DNA of 27,211 nt from positions 1 through 27,211 of the forward strand of contig JBGSIV010000025.1 of NCBI GenBank assembly GCA_041742355.1, given 5' to 3'. A program made the translations under genes and the position numbers. This DNA comes from Candidatus Zixiibacteriota bacterium (lineage in GTDB: Bacteria; Zixibacteria; MSB-5A5; GN15; FEB-12). Shown here in pieces: positions 9,455 to 18,030 of the stretch (position 1 is the stretch's first letter; each line of letters opens with the position of its first letter). The notes under the pieces were generated by a model. It ran no database searches. It saw only the letters and a list, made by a program, of their open reading frames with translations, and was not told where the DNA came from.

Positions 9455-9742
9455 TTATAAGCCGGCCATTTCCGCAAGGTCAGTTACCGCCAGCGTTCCC
9501 CAGAGAATAACAAGCCCCAGGATGACTTTGGCCACCAGAGGAACGGAGAAGCCGAGTCTTTTCTTGAGGAGGGCACTGGCCGGAGGGAAGTAAACCAGAG
9601 CGACAAGAAGATAGAAGATGCCGGGAACGGGATGGACCAGGAACACATTGAGCACCCCGATCACCACGAAGATGATGAGGAATGCCCAACTGATAGTGTT
9701 CGACAGCACGGTCTCGCTCTGGACCAAGGTCTTTTCAGTCAT
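9455..9742 (-). CDS. Small membrane protein (3 TM), unknown function
   Basis: AAGGGAG RBS; start overlaps the upstream stop; hydrophobic helices. Confidence 0.75.
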   Translation of the reverse strand: MTEKTLVQSETVLSNTISWAFLIIFVVIGVLNVFLVHPVPGIFYLLVALVYFPPASALLKKRLGFSVPLVAKVILGLVILWGTLAVTDLAEMAGL

Positions 9743-10307
9743 GATCGCTCCCTTTTGAGCTCTGCGCCACCTGGCCTGCCTGGTAGAACAGCACCGCGGA
9801 CAAAGTAAACAGAAAAGCGAAGAATCCGTTGACGTTCAGGATCTGCCATACGGAGCTTTCGGGATACCGGTGCATTCCGGCGATCAGCGCGATGACGGCG
9901 GTCAATGTCTGAGCCAGTGCCATCGCCAGCAGCGCAAGAGCCATTCCGCGCGGCCGGAAGCGCGCGAGAACGGCACCGAGGATTCCGATTGCGACTACCC
10001 CGAAATACATCGAGTTGGCGGGCTCGTTCTCGTTTCCGATGATTCCGACGGCCAGGTTCGCCCAGATGAGGAAGAGCCCTGAGCCGATTGCCAGGCCGAC
10101 AGCGGCCCGGAACACGGTGTCACCGGACTTTCTCACCAGCAGTTCATACGCGAGGCCGGCGCCGAGCAGGAGGACGCCGGCGGCAATGAAGTCGGACAGG
10201 GTCCAAACGACGTCGTCGGCGAATTGCATAGCCACCAGAGGAATCAACAACAGGCACGCCACCACGATGATGAGTCGAATGATCCTCTTGCGAAAGCGCG
10301 GTTCCAT
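9735..10307 (-). CDS. Polytopic membrane protein, unknown function
   Basis: AAGGAG RBS favours ATG 10307 (MEPRFRK) over 10328. LLIPLVAMQF..V.WT.SDF and WANLAVGIIG.E..PAN motifs; about 6 TM helices. Confidence 0.75.
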   Translation of the reverse strand: MEPRFRKRIIRLIIVVACLLLIPLVAMQFADDVVWTLSDFIAAGVLLLGAGLAYELLVRKSGDTVFRAAVGLAIGSGLFLIWANLAVGIIGNENEPANSMYFGVVAIGILGAVLARFRPRGMALALLAMALAQTLTAVIALIAGMHRYPESSVWQILNVNGFFAFLFTLSAVLFYQAGQVAQSSKGSDHD

Positions 10308-10396
10308 AACTCTGTTACTCCTTACCATTGGTTTCGAGATGGGGGGTGCTCGGGCGAGATCTTCGATGGCATCCGGAGCGCCGCGGGAGTCATTGT

Positions 10397-10711
10397 CTAC
10401 TTTGCGCTGCCGGGAGCAATCCCCTCAATGAGTGCTTCAAGGGCCGCCAGGTGATCCTGAAAGGCCTTTCGTCCGGTTTTCGTTATCGAGTACGAGGTGT
10501 TGGTGGTCTTCTGGATGAATCGTTTCTTCACCCTGACATAGCCGAGTTGCTCAAGGGTCGAGATATTGCTCGAGAGGTTGCCGTCGGAGGTCCCCAGAAG
10601 CTGCTTGAGCGCTTTGAAGTCGATGCTCTCGTTGACCATCAGGGCGGCCATGATCCCCAGCCTCGTCCGGTTCTCGAAGCACTTGTTGATGTGGTCGATG
10701 ATCTGCTTCAT
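10397..10711 (-). CDS. Winged-HTH transcriptional regulator (ArsR/MarR-like, HTH_34 type)
   Basis: RLGIM..L......F..LK..L..SDGNL......LE..GYV...K.F.....T.YSIT..GR.AF..HL..LE pattern; ATGA overlap with the upstream gene. Confidence 0.88.
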   Translation of the reverse strand: MKQIIDHINKCFENRTRLGIMAALMVNESIDFKALKQLLGTSDGNLSSNISTLEQLGYVRVKKRFIQKTTNTSYSITKTGRKAFQDHLAALEALIEGIAPGSAK

Positions 10712-11334
10712 CGCTCGTACTTCAGGTACATTACGGTGCCGTAAATAATGGGCAGCAGGCCGAAACCGGCCAGCCAGAGGAGCAGTCCGGCTTCCAGGGC
10801 GAAGCAGGCTGCGAGTCCGAGGGCGATTTCTCCGAGCGCGAACCAGACCATGTCAAGCGGCACGAATCGAGCTGCGGCCAGAAGTGCGCAACCGAAGAAG
10901 AGCAGCATGGCGGGGACGACAAACTGGTACTGGCCGTGCAGCAGGAACATGGCCACAAAGGCCGCCCCGGCCAGCAGGGGGATGAAGAGGTGCAGGGCGA
11001 ATCGCCGCGAGCTGCCATCCCAGGCGGCCAGGTTCTGCGTCCTGGCTTTGCGCAGGGTCAGGAGCATACCGGTGAGGAGGGCGGCGATGAGGGCTCCGAC
11101 GGCGGTAAGGGCAAGGTGAAGCCGCGCGCCCTCCGGTTCGCCGGCTATTCGGGCCAGCGCCTGCTCGTTGAGCCAGACGCCCTTGAGGATAAGGGAAGCG
11201 ACGACGGAGGCCGCTATCCCGTACAGGCCCGCCATCACCCCGGCGAGGCCGGTCAGGGACATGAAGGTGGTTGACCGGCGCATGATGTCCCGGATTTCGT
11301 GCAGTTCATCGAGGTTCGGATCGATCGTGAGCAT
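10708..11334 (-). CDS. Membrane protein partner of the HTH regulator
   Basis: IRDIMRRSTTFMSLTGLAGVMAG at the N-terminus, about 6 TM helices, C-terminal IIYG..MY.KYER; AGAGG RBS. Confidence 0.8.
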   Translation of the reverse strand: MLTIDPNLDELHEIRDIMRRSTTFMSLTGLAGVMAGLYGIAASVVASLILKGVWLNEQALARIAGEPEGARLHLALTAVGALIAALLTGMLLTLRKARTQNLAAWDGSSRRFALHLFIPLLAGAAFVAMFLLHGQYQFVVPAMLLFFGCALLAAARFVPLDMVWFALGEIALGLAACFALEAGLLLWLAGFGLLPIIYGTVMYLKYER

Positions 11335-11354
11335 ATTGCCTCTAAAGCTAAAGC

Positions 11355-11400
11355 ACTTTGAGATTCAAAGTATGATACGTTGGTCCCGGGTTCCACGCAA
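11355..11400 (-). promoter_or_regulatory. Promoter plus palindromic operator of the HTH cassette
   Basis: TTGCGT-N17-TATCAT (11400-11372) immediately followed by a perfect ACTTTGA-GAT-TCAAAGT inverted repeat (11355-11371). Confidence 0.65.
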
Positions 11401-11574
11401 GCAGTTTTTAACAGATTCCTCGAAACCGGCGCCCGGGAATATTGCGGACCGCGAAACCCGGCCACCCGGAGGAGTGATCGTGCGGTCCCGTGAATTAGCG
11501 GGGACCGATCGGGGGTTGCGGGTCGGGGCCGGAGGGGAGCATAATCCGCGTGAATGTCGACGATCTCCGGCGCA

Positions 11575-11649
11575 GCCGGAACAACAAGGAGCGGATGCCA
11601 TGGCGAAGAGGACCACGAGTGACTACCCAGCCTGCGGGTTGTGCCTGCC
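11575..11649 (+). pseudogene. Degenerate copy of the ferredoxin RBS and first 16-17 codons
   Basis: 62/75 ungapped identity (hand count) to 14500-14574. Translation MAKRTTSDYPACGLCLP versus MAMKITDDCTACGLCLP. Confidence 0.85.
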
Positions 11650-11728
11650 GCGAGGCTCTCTCCCCGAACAATTCGCCAGAACGAAGCTCCACGATCCAGG
11701 CTGCGTCCGAACTCGGGTCAGATTAATA

Positions 11729-11758
11729 TTGACAAAATCGGTCGCTGCAATATACATT
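11729..11758 (+). promoter_or_regulatory. Probable sigma70 promoter of the 806-aa gene
   Basis: TTGACA-N18-TACATT in an AT-rich patch, about 165 nt upstream of ATG 11925. Confidence 0.5.
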
Positions 11759-11924
11759 ACAACGTAGGGTGGCGGGCGACCGCCCCATCCGGCAGTCCCT
11801 GCCGCATCCGCTCCCGTTTCAAGGAAGCTCGACAATCAAATAACTGGTCCGCCCGGCCAAAGGTCAGGCGAAACGCGGCCATTTGCCCGGCCGGCGGACT
11901 CACATACAGTAACGGAGGGCGCCA

Positions 11925-14345
11925 ATGTCCAAAGTAACTTCACGGTCGTGGCTGGCGGTGTGCCTGTTGGGGCTGGGGTTGGGGGGATCAGTCGAGGCAA
12001 CGATTCACACGGTCAATGTCGGCAATTTCTTCTTCAACCCGGTCAACACGCAGGTGATGCCGGGGGACACGGTCCGTTGGATGTGGGTGGGAGGTTCGCA
12101 TTCGACTACGGCCGACGGATCGTCACCCAAGTTCTGGGATTCGGGTGTGATGGGTTCGGGGTCGTACGATGTCGTGTTTCTGGTGTCCGATGGTCCGGGG
12201 CCGTTCCCGTACCATTGCTCGGTACATCCGATGATGCAGGATACGATTTTCTGGGCGCCGGGGGTGTTCAACGCCCGGATCAATCCGATGAGTCTTCCGG
12301 GGACGGAGCAATTCGACGTGGAGGTGGCCCAGAGTGACGCCTCGATGACCGATGTTACCGCGCTGTGGACGGAGATGACCAATCCCGGCTTTTCGCCCTC
12401 GAGAGTCGGGTGGGGCTGGTCAATGGCCGCCGGAAGCCCGGGCACATGGACTCATATGATAAAGCCGCTGCCGGGGGCTGGGCTCACCGACGAATGGCAT
12501 CCGAGCATTTCATCTCTACTTACCGGCACATACATGACGGCCACGGCGACCTATTCATTTCCGCCGTATACTTCCAATTCCGCCGTGGTTATGACACCAG
12601 TTACCGGTACCGGGGGCACCTGGCTGCCGGCGACTCCCCTTATGACGGGGACGGCCGGGGTCAACTGGATGGACTATCCGGTGGTGCGGGTCGACGATCA
12701 CCCGACCAACCCGCCGCAGTTTGTCAATACGAGCCACTTTGTGTGGACCGAATTTATTGAAGGCGGCGATCTCGACGCGGATGGAGACGGAAACATGTAT
12801 AACGATCCGGCCGACGGCTGTCGTCTGTGGTACACGTTCTCCAATCCTCCGGGGGGCCCAGGACCGTTTCCGTGGCCGGGCGTTGGTCCCAACACGGTAA
12901 TCTGGGCCGGTCCGGTGATGGCTGGTCCCGGCGCCCACATAATGCAGCGTCCCTCGATCGACATTGTCGGGCCGGTGGGTACGCCGGCGATGCCGTCCGG
13001 GTCGATTTACACCGCATGGTATGACCCCGGTATGGCCATTGTCTTTATTGATGCGTCCAATCTCATGTTTGGCATCCCGTTTGGCGCTCTGACGGGGGGC
13101 GCGGGACCGTCGCCAGTGGCTCCATGTATCGCGCTGCCGCAGGTTCTCAACGGGGGAATCAAAGCGGGAACAACAGTGGCGGTGGCGGTCGACAATGGGC
13201 CGAACTGCCCCGGTAATGTCTATGTGGCCTGGGCCGATATGGTGACCGGCGATGCGGATATCATGTTTGCCCGGAGCACCGACGGCGGGATGACCTGGGC
13301 GCCGTTCGTGCGTGTCAACTCTGACCCGGCGGGCAACGGATTGGACCAGTGGCTGCCGTCGATGTCTGTGGACGATGTCAGCGGTGAAATAACGATTATC
13401 TTCAAAGACCGCCGGAACGATCCGGCCAATTTCCTGGCGGAAACCTGGGTGGCGCGGTCAAAGGATTGCGGCTTGACCTGGTCCGATTGCGTGCTGTCGG
13501 ATCCCGGGCCGCTGCCGCCTTTCAGCTCGTATGCAACTTCGGCTCTGTGGGTCGGGGATTACCTCGGGATCGATGCCGCCAAGGCGGGGTGGGCGTACGG
13601 TTTCAATGACACTCGGAACGGCGGCGATAACGACGTCTTTTTCGACAAATACTGCCTGCCTGATCTTGATGGCGACGGGTATGACCAATCGGTCGACTGT
13701 GACGATACGAATCCGTCGATCAACCCCGGGGCGTTCGACATACCGGGGGACGGGATCGACCAAAACTGTGACGGGGTCGACGCGGTCATGTGTTACACGG
13801 ATGCCGACGGAGACGGCTACGGCAGTAATGGGGACCCGGGGACTTACACACCGGGCGGCGTTTGCCCGCCGGGGAAGGTGACGATCCAGGGGGATTGCCA
13901 TGACGGTGCGGCGGGAATCAACCCCGGTGCGACAGAAATCTGCAACGGTATAGACGAGGACTGCGACGGGTTCATCGACGACAACCCAGTCGGAGCGCCG
14001 ACCTGGTACCGTGACTCGGATGGCGACGGAGCCGGGGATCCGGCGGCGGATTCGGTGGCGTGCACGATGCCGGGAGGATATGTTGCCAACTTCGACGACT
14101 GCGACGATACAGATCCGACGGTGCCGCCGTGCGGCTGCTGCACACTCCGCGGCGACGCCAACGGTGACAGCAACCTGAATGTGTCGGATCTGACGTTCAT
14201 GGTCAACTACCTGTTCAAAGGAGGGGCCGCGCCCGCCTGTCTCGATCATGCCGATGTGAACAACGACGGCAACGTGAATGTCGCCGATCTGACGTTCATG
14301 GTCAACTATCTGTTCAAAGGAGGACCGGCGCCGGTGCCTTGTTGA
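11925..14345 (+). CDS. Large secreted multidomain protein: cupredoxin + BNR/Asp-box domain + Asp/Cys-rich metal-binding repeats + C-terminal dockerin-like domain
   Basis: GGAGG RBS and signal peptide. F.P....V.PGDTVRW..SHSTT..YHCSVHPMM gives type-1 Cu ligands. STDGGMTW and SKDCGLTW are Asp-boxes. DCDD.NP.INPGA..I..DGIDQNCDG repeats. Twin D.N.D...NV.DLTFMVNYLFKGG.AP. Confidence 0.88.
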   Translation: MSKVTSRSWLAVCLLGLGLGGSVEATIHTVNVGNFFFNPVNTQVMPGDTVRWMWVGGSHSTTADGSSPKFWDSGVMGSGSYDVVFLVSDGPGPFPYHCSVHPMMQDTIFWAPGVFNARINPMSLPGTEQFDVEVAQSDASMTDVTALWTEMTNPGFSPSRVGWGWSMAAGSPGTWTHMIKPLPGAGLTDEWHPSISSLLTGTYMTATATYSFPPYTSNSAVVMTPVTGTGGTWLPATPLMTGTAGVNWMDYPVVRVDDHPTNPPQFVNTSHFVWTEFIEGGDLDADGDGNMYNDPADGCRLWYTFSNPPGGPGPFPWPGVGPNTVIWAGPVMAGPGAHIMQRPSIDIVGPVGTPAMPSGSIYTAWYDPGMAIVFIDASNLMFGIPFGALTGGAGPSPVAPCIALPQVLNGGIKAGTTVAVAVDNGPNCPGNVYVAWADMVTGDADIMFARSTDGGMTWAPFVRVNSDPAGNGLDQWLPSMSVDDVSGEITIIFKDRRNDPANFLAETWVARSKDCGLTWSDCVLSDPGPLPPFSSYATSALWVGDYLGIDAAKAGWAYGFNDTRNGGDNDVFFDKYCLPDLDGDGYDQSVDCDDTNPSINPGAFDIPGDGIDQNCDGVDAVMCYTDADGDGYGSNGDPGTYTPGGVCPPGKVTIQGDCHDGAAGINPGATEICNGIDEDCDGFIDDNPVGAPTWYRDSDGDGAGDPAADSVACTMPGGYVANFDDCDDTDPTVPPCGCCTLRGDANGDSNLNVSDLTFMVNYLFKGGAAPACLDHADVNNDGNVNVADLTFMVNYLFKGGPAPVPC
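14151..14342 (+). repeat. Tandem dockerin-like repeat (two copies, 99-nt period)
   Basis: GATCTGACGTTCATGGTCAACTA(C/T)CTGTTCAAAGGAGG occurs twice. Confidence 0.85.
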
Positions 14346-14398
14346 TCGGTTACCTTGTAGCGATATAGTGGCGCCGACGTCACCGGCTGGTTTAGATG

Positions 14399-14433
14399 GA
14401 ACCGCCTCATTTCCCGTGGGGCGGTTCTTCTTT
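14399..14433 (+). terminator. Intrinsic terminator
   Basis: GAACCGCCTCAT-TTCCC-GTGGGGCGGTTC followed by TTCTTT. Confidence 0.75.
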
Positions 14434-14442
14434 CGGTACCGG

Positions 14443-14471
14443 TTGCATTGACTCGAAGTCAGGGGTATAAT
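14443..14471 (+). promoter_or_regulatory. sigma70 promoter of ferredoxin
   Basis: TTGCAT-N17-TATAAT. Confidence 0.7.
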
Positions 14472-14524
14472 GGCCAAAAACAGGAAGGCTCCGGCCAGGG
14501 CCGGAACAACAAGGAGCGAGTGCT

Positions 14525-14713
14525 ATGGCGATGAAGATTACCGATGACTGCACGGCCTGCGGGTTGTGCCTGCCTGAGTGCCCGAATGAGTCAATAACCG
14601 ACGGGGACATCTTCGTGATAGACGCAGCGAGCTGCAATGAGTGTGGCGACCACGCCGAAGGGCCGCAGTGCGCGGCGATCTGTCCGATCGATGATTGTAT
14701 TGTGAAGGCCTGA
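14525..14713 (+). CDS. 2[4Fe-4S] ferredoxin (YfhL/FdxN-like)
   Basis: AAGGAG RBS; CTACGLCLPECP and CNEC-x8-CAAICP motifs. Confidence 0.93.
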   Translation: MAMKITDDCTACGLCLPECPNESITDGDIFVIDAASCNECGDHAEGPQCAAICPIDDCIVKA

Positions 14714-14769
14714 GGGGGCGAACTCCGCTGGGTATCGAATTGGATGTCTGAGACCGGACCCTGAGGGGC

Positions 14770-14851
14770 AAAATAATAAGAGGGTGATGCTCTGGTTGGG
14801 TAGAGGGGGCTAGGAAACTACCCAGGGACAGCAGAGAGTCACCCTCATGTG
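14770..14851 (-). ncRNA. Candidate small RNA (single long hairpin, C-rich loop)
   Basis: Lies just downstream of TTGACA-N17-CATTTT. Stems GAGGGUGA/UCACCCUC, CUCUG/CAGAG and UGGGUAG/CUACCCA, followed by a UUAUUAUUUU tail. Confidence 0.5.
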
Positions 14852-14856
14852 CTATT

Positions 14857-14885
14857 AAAATGACAGATTTCGACAGGGCTGTCAA
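14857..14885 (-). promoter_or_regulatory. sigma70-like promoter with no downstream CDS
   Basis: TTGACA (14885-14880), N17, CATTTT (14862-14857), with an AT-rich UP-like region. Confidence 0.55.
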
Positions 14886-14932
14886 GTTAAAATAATGGGG
14901 CTGATTGTCGGGGGATCCGACCCAGGGAGGGA

Positions 14933-15655
14933 CTAATACCGTACGATCTTGACCGGAATAGTCATGACAGTCGGTTCGCCGTTCCCGGACTCAACCTGCA
15001 GGGTGAGGTTTGAGTGGTAGGTGCCTTTAGGGGCGTTTGCGGAGGGGGTGACTTCGATTTCGATGGCCTGGTTCTTCTTTGCTTTCCCGGAAACGACCTT
15101 GACCTGGAAGTGGTTGTCAAGCTGGGTCACGCCGGCCAATTCGATCAGATCGAAATTGCGGTTGGGAATGGTGACTTTCCGCGGCTGATTCGCCTGCAGG
15201 AAGAACAAGGCTTCAGGATCGGGTCGGAGGCCGTCGAACCACTGCCCGATAATCGAGAGGTAGAACAGCTCGACATTTTTCATGGCCGGATGGTCGGTGG
15301 TGACAGTGATGGATTTGTTCTGCGGGCCGTAGAAGTTCTTGGTGCTGAAGCGCAGGTTTATGGAGGTGGAATCGCCGGGGGGAACGACGCTGTCGGGGCA
15401 GATGGCGGAGGAGCAGTCGCAGTGCGCGACGACGCTGAGGATGCGGACGGTGTCGGCGGTGGGATTTACGAAGGCGTAGCGGTGGTAGACGTTGTAGTCG
15501 ATGCCGACGTGGCCGAAGTCGAACACGGTTGACTGGAATTGGGGCCGGAGGTCCGGGGAGACTGCTTTCGGTGTGCCGGGTTTGTCGCCGGCGGCAAAGG
15601 CGGCGCCGGTAAGCGCCAGGGTAAGAATAAGAAAGCGATAGGCTGGGCGTTTCAT
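14933..15655 (-). CDS. Secreted DUF1573-like Ig-fold protein
   Basis: Signal peptide; FDFG.V...H.Y.F.N......I..V.AHCDC.......VPPG.S..I.L.F......G...K.I.V.TD pattern. Confidence 0.8.
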   Translation of the reverse strand: MKRPAYRFLILTLALTGAAFAAGDKPGTPKAVSPDLRPQFQSTVFDFGHVGIDYNVYHRYAFVNPTADTVRILSVVAHCDCSSAICPDSVVPPGDSTSINLRFSTKNFYGPQNKSITVTTDHPAMKNVELFYLSIIGQWFDGLRPDPEALFFLQANQPRKVTIPNRNFDLIELAGVTQLDNHFQVKVVSGKAKKNQAIEIEVTPSANAPKGTYHSNLTLQVESGNGEPTVMTIPVKIVRY

Positions 15656-16650
15656 TTCAGGGCTCTTTCAGGGATATCAGCGGGGAGGAAGCCGTGCTGA
15701 CGCATCCAGGCGTCGTTGTAGCACTTGCTCAGGTATCGGATGCCGGCATCGCCGAAAATGCCGACGATGAGATCGTCGGGTTGGGCGGTGCGGGCGACCT
15801 GTTCCATGGCGAACGCGACGGCGCCGGATGATCCGCCGCCGGAGATGCCCTCGGTGCGGGCGATTATCCGGGCGCGGGTGAAGGCGTCGCGGTCGGAAAC
15901 AGTAATCACATCATCGACATACTGCGGGTGCAGGGCTTCGGTAATGACGTCGGAGCCGATGCCTTCGACTTTGTAGGCGACGGGGAGGGCCTCGCGGCCG
16001 CCGCGGATGTAGTCGGCAAAAATCGAGCCCTCGGGGTCAACCGCAATGCATTTGACGGCGGGGTTTTGCTCCTTGAGGTAGCGGGCGATGCCCGAGAAGG
16101 TGCCACCGGTGCCGATGCCGGCCACAAAGTGGGTCAGCTTGCCGTCGGTGTCTTCCCAGATTTCCGGGCCGGTGAGCATGTAGTGGGACTCGACGTTATC
16201 CTGGCTGTTGTACTGGTCGAGGTCGAAGTAGCCGTGTTGGCGGGCCATCGTGCGGGCGACCACGTAGGCGCCACGGGGGTCGTTGTGGTCTTCGGTTTCG
16301 GGGGTGACGATCACCTCGGCGCCGAAGGACCGGATAAGGTCGACCTTTTCCTGGCTGGTTTTCACCGGGGTCGTGAGGATAGCCTTGAGGCCGAGAACGG
16401 AGCAGACCATGGCGAGGGCCGAGCCGGTGTTGCCGGAGGTATTGTCGATAACGGTGTCGCCGGGGTGCAGGCGTCCTTCGCGGAGAGCTTTGGTGATGAC
16501 GTAGTACGTCATGCGGTCTTTGAGGGACCCGGTGGGGTTGAAGAACTCCAGCTTGACGTAGGCTTTCGGACCGTTCTCCGGGATACCGGTGCGGAGGCGC
16601 AGGAGCGGCGTGTTGCCGACCAGATCGAGTATATGTTCGTATGTTCTCAT
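15652..16650 (-). CDS. PLP-dependent cysteine synthase / cystathionine beta-synthase family protein
   Basis: VGNTPLLRL, KLEFFNPTGSLKDR, TSGNTG, GIGTGGT and YKVEGIG. The C-terminal RYLSK.YND.WM is CBS-like. Confidence 0.92.
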   Translation of the reverse strand: MRTYEHILDLVGNTPLLRLRTGIPENGPKAYVKLEFFNPTGSLKDRMTYYVITKALREGRLHPGDTVIDNTSGNTGSALAMVCSVLGLKAILTTPVKTSQEKVDLIRSFGAEVIVTPETEDHNDPRGAYVVARTMARQHGYFDLDQYNSQDNVESHYMLTGPEIWEDTDGKLTHFVAGIGTGGTFSGIARYLKEQNPAVKCIAVDPEGSIFADYIRGGREALPVAYKVEGIGSDVITEALHPQYVDDVITVSDRDAFTRARIIARTEGISGGGSSGAVAFAMEQVARTAQPDDLIVGIFGDAGIRYLSKCYNDAWMRQHGFLPADIPERALK

Positions 16651-16732
16651 AGTCGTTTTGTTAAGGCCGTAGCGTAGGCATTTTCTTATACAAATTCAAC
16701 CATTTAATTGCGGGAAGGGGGGGCTCTTTTTC

Positions 16733-16762
16733 TTGACAATTCTCGGCGGGAGGGCTTACTAT
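16733..16762 (+). promoter_or_regulatory. sigma70 promoter
   Basis: TTGACA-N18-TACTAT upstream of the SPOR gene. Confidence 0.6.
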
Positions 16763-16834
16763 CAAGGAAAACGGTTCCCCCGGCCCGGTTGGAGGGGCGG
16801 GCAAGCACCGTGCGACGGAACGGGAGTTACTTCT

Positions 16835-17419
16835 ATGCGATCTGGCCTAATTGTTATTGTGGTTCTTCTTCTTTTTGCGGGCCTCACGGGGTGCAAAAAT
16901 CAGGAAGCGGAAGAAATGGAGCGGGAGATCCTGGCGCAGCAGGGGGAAGCGGTGTCGGACGGATCCGTTGAGGCGGTGGAAAATGACCAGCCGTCGGGGG
17001 AAGTCGTAGCGGAAGAGCTGGGAGCCGAGCTTTCCGCCAGTCCTGAGACCGGGACGGCGGGGCAGGTCGCCGAAAAGGAGCTTGATCCGGGGGCGACGCC
17101 TGATCCGGGTGTGATTCCGGATGCCGGAGCGATACCGCCTGAAGCGGTTGTCGAAGCGAAAGCGCTGCCGGAGCGGCCGGCGGGTTCGGGCTACGAGGTG
17201 CAGATTTCGGCCGGGACCGACCGGGCAGATGCCGCTTTTGTCGTTGAGACCTACCAGAGTCGGGGGTACCAGCCATACGTGTCGACCTCGGTGGTCGACG
17301 GTCGGGAGGTGTACCGGGTCCGCCTGGGGGTTTTCGCGACGTACGGCGAGGCGGAAAAGGTGCGACGGGAGCTGGCCGACAGGTTCTCGATTGAGCCGTG
17401 GGTGGCCCCGGTGCCGTGA
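16835..17419 (+). CDS. SPOR-domain lipoprotein
   Basis: GGGAG RBS, LTGC lipobox, acidic Pro-rich linker, then GYEVQISA...YRVRLGVF..Y.EA SPOR domain. Confidence 0.88.
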   Translation: MRSGLIVIVVLLLFAGLTGCKNQEAEEMEREILAQQGEAVSDGSVEAVENDQPSGEVVAEELGAELSASPETGTAGQVAEKELDPGATPDPGVIPDAGAIPPEAVVEAKALPERPAGSGYEVQISAGTDRADAAFVVETYQSRGYQPYVSTSVVDGREVYRVRLGVFATYGEAEKVRRELADRFSIEPWVAPVP

Positions 17420-17521
17420 GGGGCAGGAATACAGTGCGAGCAAACTTCGTGAACGTCTCCTGAGCGACCAGCCGGGAGGCGTTCTGTTTTGTGTGGGAAC
17501 CAGAGCCAGGAGAGGGACAAG

Positions 17522-17935
17522 ATGCGGAGTTACCGTCAATATCTGACGTTTAACACGGAGAAGCGGCGCGATTATATCAATATCACCGGGGAAGTGGAAA
17601 AGGCGCTGCGTACGAGCGGAATTCGAGACGGATTCATTCTGGTGTCGGCGATGCACATTACGGCGTCGGTCTACATCAACGACGCCGAGTCGGGGTTGAT
17701 CCAGGATATCGATGACTGGCTGGAGAAGCTGGCGCCGTTCGGGCAAGGCTACCGTCACCATCGCACGGGGGAAGATAACGGCGACGCGCACCTGAAGAAC
17801 CTGCTCATGCACCACCAGGTGCTGCTGCCGGTGACCGACGGGCAGATTGATTTCGGACCCTGGCAGCAGGTGTACTATGCCGAGTTTGACGGCATGCGGA
17901 AGAAGCGGGTGATTATAAAGATCATCGGGGAGTGA
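17522..17935 (+). CDS. yjbQ: YjbQ/UPF0047 family protein
   Basis: NIT.EV......[31 protein letters not shown] and [15 protein letters not shown]. Confidence 0.92.
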   Translation: MRSYRQYLTFNTEKRRDYINITGEVEKALRTSGIRDGFILVSAMHITASVYINDAESGLIQDIDDWLEKLAPFGQGYRHHRTGEDNGDAHLKNLLMHHQVLLPVTDGQIDFGPWQQVYYAEFDGMRKKRVIIKIIGE

Positions 17936-17974
17936 CCCGAAGCGTGTGACCGCAGGAGGGAGGTCGCCGCGTGT

Positions 17975-18001
17975 TCAGTTTTCGCACACACCTGCCGATA
18001 T
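17975..18001 (+). promoter_or_regulatory. Putative sigma28 (FliA/SigD) promoter
   Basis: TCAG-N15-GCCGATAT versus consensus TAAA-N15-GCCGATAA. Confidence 0.55.
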
Positions 18002-18030
18002 CTACAGCAGGAGTAACAACCAAATAGGAT

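Noticed and set aside
11600..11767. 55-aa ORF as a functional ferredoxin
   Set aside because: First Cys lost, no second cluster motif, and the 3' half runs through the next promoter. Treated as a remnant.
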